From an uncultured Actinomycetota bacterium (lineage in GTDB: Bacteria; Actinomycetota; Thermoleophilia; Solirubrobacterales; Solirubrobacteraceae), in NCBI GenBank assembly GCA_963757925.1, contig CAVWTE010000004.1:46909-110908 (forward strand): 64,000 bases of DNA, written 5' to 3'. Positions within the stretch are counted from its first letter, which is position 1, and each line of letters begins with the position of its first letter. The position numbers were made by a program, and so were the translations under genes. Positions 59,087 through 64,000 of the stretch are shown piece after piece. The notes beneath the pieces are model-generated. The model searched no databases, was not told the DNA's origin, and saw nothing but the letters and a program-made list of their open reading frames with translations.

Positions 59087-60094
59087 CTAGCGTCGGTAGC
59101 GGCTGCTCAGATACTCCTCGACCCAGGCACGGGTGCTGCGCCAGGTCCCGTCAGCGCCCTTGGAGGCACGCAAGCGCCCACGGGTGGCCGCGACCCGCAA
59201 CGCATTGGCTGACATCTCAGGGCTCGCCAAAGCGGGTAGAGGCACGAGCCGCGCAGGGCCGGCGACCGCAGGGACGACGAACTTGTGCAGGCTCTCCAGC
59301 ACGGCACGTGCAAGCATCTCGCCAAGCGGCCCAGCATCACCATCGTCCGCACGACGCAGCGCTGCGAGGTAGCGTCCACGATCGCGCTTGCGGATGAGTG
59401 CGGGAGGGTAGCCGAGGCGCACCAGCAGCAGGTTCAGCGCAAGACGGCCGGCGCGGCCGTTGCCGTCGAGAAACGGGTGGATCTGCTCGAAACGCGCGTG
59501 CAACCACGCCAGAGCCTCCGGGTCGATGGCCGAATGGGAGCTGGCCAGCGAGTTGGCTTGGGAGATCCAATCCGCGATCTGCGCCGGCACTTCCGGCCAC
59601 GGCGGGGGACGCATCCCACCAGGGAACGGCTCTATGTCGTGCTCGCGAAACGAACCTGGGTGCTCGTTCTCGCTCGCACTCGGATGCGGCGCCACATCCC
59701 AAACCAGCGCGAGCGCGAGATGATGCAGATAGCGAAGCTCGGTAAGCGATACGAGAGCGCCGTCGGTCCATTGCCCGGGCTCGATCCCGTGCGCGTAAAC
59801 CCAGTCGGCCGCATACGCGTAGCCCCGTACCTCGAGGTACTCCCGCAACTCCTTGTTGCCGACGGCGCGCCCCTCGTCGAGCAGCTGCTCGACCTGTCGC
59901 AGCACCAGCGTATTGCCCTCGATCGCAGTCGAGTGATGGGCCTCCTCGAGCCATATGCCGCGCCACGTGCCCCGTGCTTCAGATGGCGAAGGCAGCCCGC
60001 CGAGCCGTTCCTGCAGCTCAGCGATCTGGATGCGCAGTCGCTCGTAGACGGCTGCTCGTGACGGGCGCCCTCGAGATGTGTTCGGCTGATGCAC
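59087..60094 (-). CDS. Fic-domain protein (class II-like) with C-terminal HTH-like tail
   Basis: Canonical HPFLDGNGRAGR and N-terminal inhibitory STAIEGN. Confidence 0.92.
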   Translation of the reverse strand: MHQPNTSRGRPSRAAVYERLRIQIAELQERLGGLPSPSEARGTWRGIWLEEAHHSTAIEGNTLVLRQVEQLLDEGRAVGNKELREYLEVRGYAYAADWVYAHGIEPGQWTDGALVSLTELRYLHHLALALVWDVAPHPSASENEHPGSFREHDIEPFPGGMRPPPWPEVPAQIADWISQANSLASSHSAIDPEALAWLHARFEQIHPFLDGNGRAGRLALNLLLVRLGYPPALIRKRDRGRYLAALRRADDGDAGPLGEMLARAVLESLHKFVVPAVAGPARLVPLPALASPEMSANALRVAATRGRLRASKGADGTWRSTRAWVEEYLSSRYRR

Positions 60095-60157
60095 AAACTA
60101 ATTGTACCGAACACCTTTCATTCTGTTCGGTCAAAGCCAAGAAAAATGAACCGAACA
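60079..60157. promoter_or_regulatory. Four alternating ACCGAACA/TGTTCGG(T) half-sites around the fic promoter
   Basis: Sites at 60079-85, 60106-13, 60124-31 and 60150-57; minus-strand TACAAT at 60106-01. Confidence 0.6.
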
Positions 60158-60169
60158 CTTTCCGGGCGA

Positions 60170-60892
60170 TCAGCGCCACCTCTCGAGCAGATCCTCCTCG
60201 CCCACCTGCCTGACCACCCGCGCCGGCACCCCCATGGCGACCGCGCGCGCGGGCAGATCACGGGTGAGCACGGCACCGGCCGCGAGGAACGCCTCCTCCC
60301 CCACCTCGACGCCCGGCGTGAGCACCGTACCGCCGCCGATCCGGCAGGCCCGCCGCAGCGTGGCGCCGCGCAGCGGAGATTCGCCTCCCCGCCCGCCCCC
60401 GTGGCGGGACATCGTGTCGTCGTTGGTGGTGGTGGCGCCCGGGCCGAGGAAGACATCGTCCTCGACCACGGTGAAGGCCGTCAGGTAGACGTTGGTCTGG
60501 ACGCGCACGCGCGCTCCGATCGAGACGTCGTTGTCCACGACGCTGCCCCGGCCGATCACCGAGCCGGCGCCCACGGTGGAGCGCTCGCGCACATATGACT
60601 GGTCGCCAAGGATCACGTCCCGATCGATGCTCGCGCCAGCGAAGAGCACCGCGCCCGCGCACACCGTGACGCGATCTGCCAGGCGCAGGGCGCCGAGATC
60701 GCCCCTGGCGCTGGAGCTACGCGCAAGCCGCGGTCGCTTGCCGAGCACCGCGTGGTCCTCGATCACGCAGCCATCGCCAATCACGGTGCCCGCATGGACG
60801 ACGACATATGCCCCGAAGCTGACCTTGCGCCCGATCTGGACGTCCTCCCCGAGCAGCAGTCCAGGGCCCCGGTCGTCGGGCCTCAGCGGCAC
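60170..60892 (-). CDS. Hexapeptide-repeat nucleotide-sugar N-acetyltransferase (WbpD-like)
   Basis: LbetaH repeats, VEDDVFLGP...TND, AGAVLTRD, GVPAR. Confidence 0.88.
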   Translation of the reverse strand: MPLRPDDRGPGLLLGEDVQIGRKVSFGAYVVVHAGTVIGDGCVIEDHAVLGKRPRLARSSSARGDLGALRLADRVTVCAGAVLFAGASIDRDVILGDQSYVRERSTVGAGSVIGRGSVVDNDVSIGARVRVQTNVYLTAFTVVEDDVFLGPGATTTNDDTMSRHGGGRGGESPLRGATLRRACRIGGGTVLTPGVEVGEEAFLAAGAVLTRDLPARAVAMGVPARVVRQVGEEDLLERWR

Positions 60893-60899
60893 CTGGCCC

Positions 60900-62159
60900 T
60901 CACAGCCTCACCACGTTGGCGGGCGGATTCAGATCGGTGCTCCGCGTCACGCCGCGAAGGTCGAGCACGACCTTCGCCTCCCGCGCCGCAAGCTCGTGGT
61001 CGACGCCCGGATGGGCCGTGACGATCAGCGCCAGGTCGGCATCGGCGAGCGCCTGCTCGAGCGGCAGGCTGGAAAGGCCCTGCTCAGGCAGTGCGGGGAC
61101 ATGGGGATCGTGGTAGCGCACATCGCCTCCGAGGGCGCGCAGCAGCTCGATGATCTTCAGCGCCGGAGACTCCCTCGTATCACCCAGGCCGGCCTTGTAG
61201 CTCACGCCGAGCATCGCGATCTTCGCGCCATTGACCGGCAGCCCGGCGTCGTTCAATGCACGTTGCGCCTTGGCCACGCAGTGGTAGGGCATCTGCTGGT
61301 TGATCTTGCCCGCCAGCTCGATGAACTCGACGCTCATGTCGAACTCGCGTGCTCGCCAGGCCAGATAGAAGGGATCCACGGGCAGGCAGTGGCCTCCCAT
61401 GCCGGGCCCGGGCTCGAAGCGCATGAAGCCGTAGGGCTTGGTCGCGGCGGCGTCGACCACCTCCCAGATGTCGATCCCCATCCGGTCGGTGAGCATCGCC
61501 ATCTCGTTCACCAGCGCGATGTTCACCGAGCGGAAGATGTTCTCGAGTAGCTTCGTGAGCTCGGCCGCCTCGGGGCTCGAGACCTCGACGATCCGATCGC
61601 AGATCAGGCCATAGAGCGCCCGCGCCCGCTCCGCGCAGCCCGGCGTGAGGCCGCCAAGCACCTTCGGGGTATTGCGCAGCGTGTAGTCGGTGCGCCCCGG
61701 ATCGACACGCTCGGGGCTGAAGGCGAGGTTGAAGTCGACGCCGGCTGTGAGCCCCGCCTCTTCGAGCACGGGTGCAAGGCGCTCCCTGGTGGTGCCCGGG
61801 TAGGTGGTCGACTCGATCACGACGAGCTGCCCGGCTTTGAGCACACCGGCGAGCTCGGTGACCGCGTCGATCAGCGGCCCGAGCTCGGGCTCGCGGTTGG
61901 CGCTCAGCGGCGTGGGCACGCAGATCAGGACGGCGTCGGCGTCGCCGAGCAAGGCCTGCCCAGTGCTGGCTTTGATCCTCGGCGCCACGGCCGCCAGGCG
62001 CTCGGGTACGACGTCCTCGATGTAGGAGCGCCCCGCGCCAAGCATCTGCACCTTGCGCTCGTCCACGTCGACGGCAAGGATCTCGCAGCCCTGCTCGGCG
62101 AACGCGACCGCCAGCGGAAGGCCGACATAGCCGAGCCCGATGATGCCGACCGTGCTCAT
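60900..62159 (-). CDS. UDP-N-acetylhexosamine 6-dehydrogenase (WbpA-like)
   Basis: GLGYVGLP, ESTTYPGTT, FSPERVDPG, KLLENIFR, GPGMGGHCLPVDP, RESP. Confidence 0.92.
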   Translation of the reverse strand: MSTVGIIGLGYVGLPLAVAFAEQGCEILAVDVDERKVQMLGAGRSYIEDVVPERLAAVAPRIKASTGQALLGDADAVLICVPTPLSANREPELGPLIDAVTELAGVLKAGQLVVIESTTYPGTTRERLAPVLEEAGLTAGVDFNLAFSPERVDPGRTDYTLRNTPKVLGGLTPGCAERARALYGLICDRIVEVSSPEAAELTKLLENIFRSVNIALVNEMAMLTDRMGIDIWEVVDAAATKPYGFMRFEPGPGMGGHCLPVDPFYLAWRAREFDMSVEFIELAGKINQQMPYHCVAKAQRALNDAGLPVNGAKIAMLGVSYKAGLGDTRESPALKIIELLRALGGDVRYHDPHVPALPEQGLSSLPLEQALADADLALIVTAHPGVDHELAAREAKVVLDLRGVTRSTDLNPPANVVRL

Positions 62160-62171
62160 AGCCGGCCCAGT

Positions 62172-63308
62172 CTACGCGGCGCAGACCTCGTCATAGAGCG
62201 CCGCGAGCGAGCGCCCGACGACCTCCGGTGCACAAATCGCGGCGACACGGCTGCGATTGCGGGCCCCCGCCTGCTCATCCCCCCACAGCTGATCGATCCC
62301 GCTCGCAAGCGCGGCGGCATCATCGGGGGGCACGAGCGCATCGCCTGAAAGCAGCTCGCGCAGGGCGCCGACGTCGCTCGCGAGCACCGGCAGGCCAGCC
62401 GCCATCGCCTCCGCGGCGGCCATGCCGAACGTCTCATCCGAGCGTGAGGGCGCGAGCGCGAGCGCCGCCCCCGCGCGCAGCTGCGCAAGTCGATCGGCCG
62501 ACACGGCGCCGAGGAACTGGATCTGCGCTGCCGGGCAGCGCTCGGCGCGGCGCTGTAGCCGCTCTCGCTCCGGGCCATCGCCCGCGATCAGTAGCCGCCG
62601 GCCCGCCGCGATGCAGGCGTCGATCGCGACATCCACCCCCTTCTCTGGAGCAAGGCGCGAGGCGATCAGGGCATACTCGCCCCGCTCGGCACCCGAACCC
62701 TTTGCATCCCCAAGCCCTCTGAGTGGTGGCGCGAGCACACGAGCGCGCTCGAAGTCGAGCGGCGCCCCGAGCTCGCGCAGCCGTGTGAGCGCAAACGCAC
62801 TCGGCACGAGCACTGCGTCCGCCAGCTCAGCCATGCGCTTCTGCCACAGCGAGAGTGCAGCCGCGTAGGAGAGCGCCTCGGCACGGCTGCCGCGACAGTT
62901 GCGCCGCAGGCCCGGCAGAGTGTTGCGAGCGTGGCAGCGAGTACACCGTTCACCCTCGGTGAAGCAGACGCCGACCGCACACACGAGCCTGTACTGGTGC
63001 AGGTGCAGCACGACCCTTGCGCCCTCCGCTCGCGCCGCCGCAAGCGCTCGCCAACCGAGCATCGGATGCAGGTTGTGGACGTGAACGACGCGGGCGCCGC
63101 TGGCCCTCACAGCCGCTGCGACCTCAGATGGACGCGCGCCTCCCCACAGGAGCGCCGCCGCCGCGCGCGCCCTGCCAAGAGCCGCCGAGTCGCGCGCGAT
63201 CAGCTGCGCGGGCTCGCCGAGCCGGTCCTGCACGAGCCACATCAGGTCCTCCAACGCGCGCTCCTCGCCGCCCGCGGTCCGGTAGCGGTTGTGCAGGAAG
63301 AGGATCAT
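62172..63308 (-). CDS. Glycosyltransferase family 4
   Basis: LHNRY...GGEE, HVHN, EKG, ETFGMAAAEAMAAG. Confidence 0.9.
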   Translation of the reverse strand: MILFLHNRYRTAGGEERALEDLMWLVQDRLGEPAQLIARDSAALGRARAAAALLWGGARPSEVAAAVRASGARVVHVHNLHPMLGWRALAAARAEGARVVLHLHQYRLVCAVGVCFTEGERCTRCHARNTLPGLRRNCRGSRAEALSYAAALSLWQKRMAELADAVLVPSAFALTRLRELGAPLDFERARVLAPPLRGLGDAKGSGAERGEYALIASRLAPEKGVDVAIDACIAAGRRLLIAGDGPERERLQRRAERCPAAQIQFLGAVSADRLAQLRAGAALALAPSRSDETFGMAAAEAMAAGLPVLASDVGALRELLSGDALVPPDDAAALASGIDQLWGDEQAGARNRSRVAAICAPEVVGRSLAALYDEVCAA

Positions 63309-63339
63309 CTGCCTGCGAAACCTAGACTCTCTGCCTGTC

Positions 63340-64000
63340 ATGAACATCACAACCTCGATCGTGATCCCGACCAGGGATAGGCCGCAGTACCTGGACGCCA
63401 CCCTGGCCTCGATCGTCCCTGGCGCCGACGCCCTCGGCTGCGAGGTGATCGTCGTCGATGACTCGGGCACCCAATCCGCAAGGGCGACCGCCCTGCGCTC
63501 GGGCGTGCGCTACATCGCCCACGAGCAGCCGCGGGGCGCAAACGCGGCACGAAACACCGGCGTGCGGGAAACCTCAGGCGAGCTCGTCGTCTTCCTCGAC
63601 GACGACGTGATCGCGTGTGAGCACTGGCTCCAGGCGCTGCTTGCCGCGTATGAGCGCCACCCAGATACTGAGGTCTTCGCGGGGGCGATACTGCCGCTGC
63701 TGGAAGGACGCCCGCCGCGCTCCTGTGGCAGGGAGGCACCGCCGATTACGACGCTCGACCTCGGCCGCGAGGATCGACCGGCGCGCTTTGCATGGAGCGC
63801 GAACATGGCCGTGCGCCGCAGAGCGTTCACGCGCGCCGGCGAGTTCGACGCCTCCCTGCACGGCCAGGGCGAGGAGCAGGAGTGGCAGGAACGGCTGCAC
63901 GTCGACGGCGGCCAGGCGCTCTACGTCGCGAAGGCGAGGGTGATGCACCGCCGCCTGCCCGCTGACTCGCGCCTGCGAGCGCTCGCGCGCGCCGCCTACG
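63340..64000 (+). CDS. Glycosyltransferase family 2 (runs off the window)
   Basis: SIVIPTRDR, VVDD, GANAARN, FLDDD, ANMAVRR; no stop before 64000. Confidence 0.88.
   Translation, partial: MNITTSIVIPTRDRPQYLDATLASIVPGADALGCEVIVVDDSGTQSARATALRSGVRYIAHEQPRGANAARNTGVRETSGELVVFLDDDVIACEHWLQALLAAYERHPDTEVFAGAILPLLEGRPPRSCGREAPPITTLDLGREDRPARFAWSANMAVRRRAFTRAGEFDASLHGQGEEQEWQERLHVDGGQALYVAKARVMHRRLPADSRLRALARAAY

Noticed and set aside
60071-60165. LexA SOS boxes
   Set aside because: CGAAC half-sites are present but never in GAAC-N4-GTTC spacing.

Overview
High-GC actinobacterial DNA whose gene repertoire and protein style suggest Solirubrobacterales/Thermoleophilia (inference). Left to right: (1) 1-3.5 kb: accessory region at the 3' end of tRNA-Ser(GGA), with a frameshifted antitoxin/MazF-like pair cut by a probable IS end, a frameshifted secreted protein, a wHTH protein and a small-ORF/nucleotidyltransferase pair. 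(2) YbjQ, a Ddn-like reductase, a membrane protein, an XRE regulator and an A-richer S53 protease with seven propeller-like repeats next to tRNA-Ser(CGA). (3) An unexplained ~200-nt structured element ending in a tRNA T-arm, then tadA and an S8 protease. (4) A LacI-controlled ureohydrolase / C-N hydrolase / APC permease / metallophosphoesterase / nucleotidyltransferase operon and a class III aminotransferase. (5) A tightly coupled GNAT-ACP-adenylation enzyme-PabAB operon, divergent PabC plus a CelD-like GNAT, and a methyltransferase, directly abutting (6) a ~36-kb Wzx/Wzy exopolysaccharide region. That region also holds two paralogous secreted proteins (one behind a c-di-GMP-I riboswitch), an R2lox-SCP2 fusion, an ECF sigma/zinc-finger fusion and a Fic gene. 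Best candidate for a new system: carrier-protein-dependent p-aminobenzoylation of an exopolysaccharide. Many single-base frameshifts, several in homopolymers, may be sequencing errors. No CRISPR array, rRNA, integrase or transposase gene was seen.
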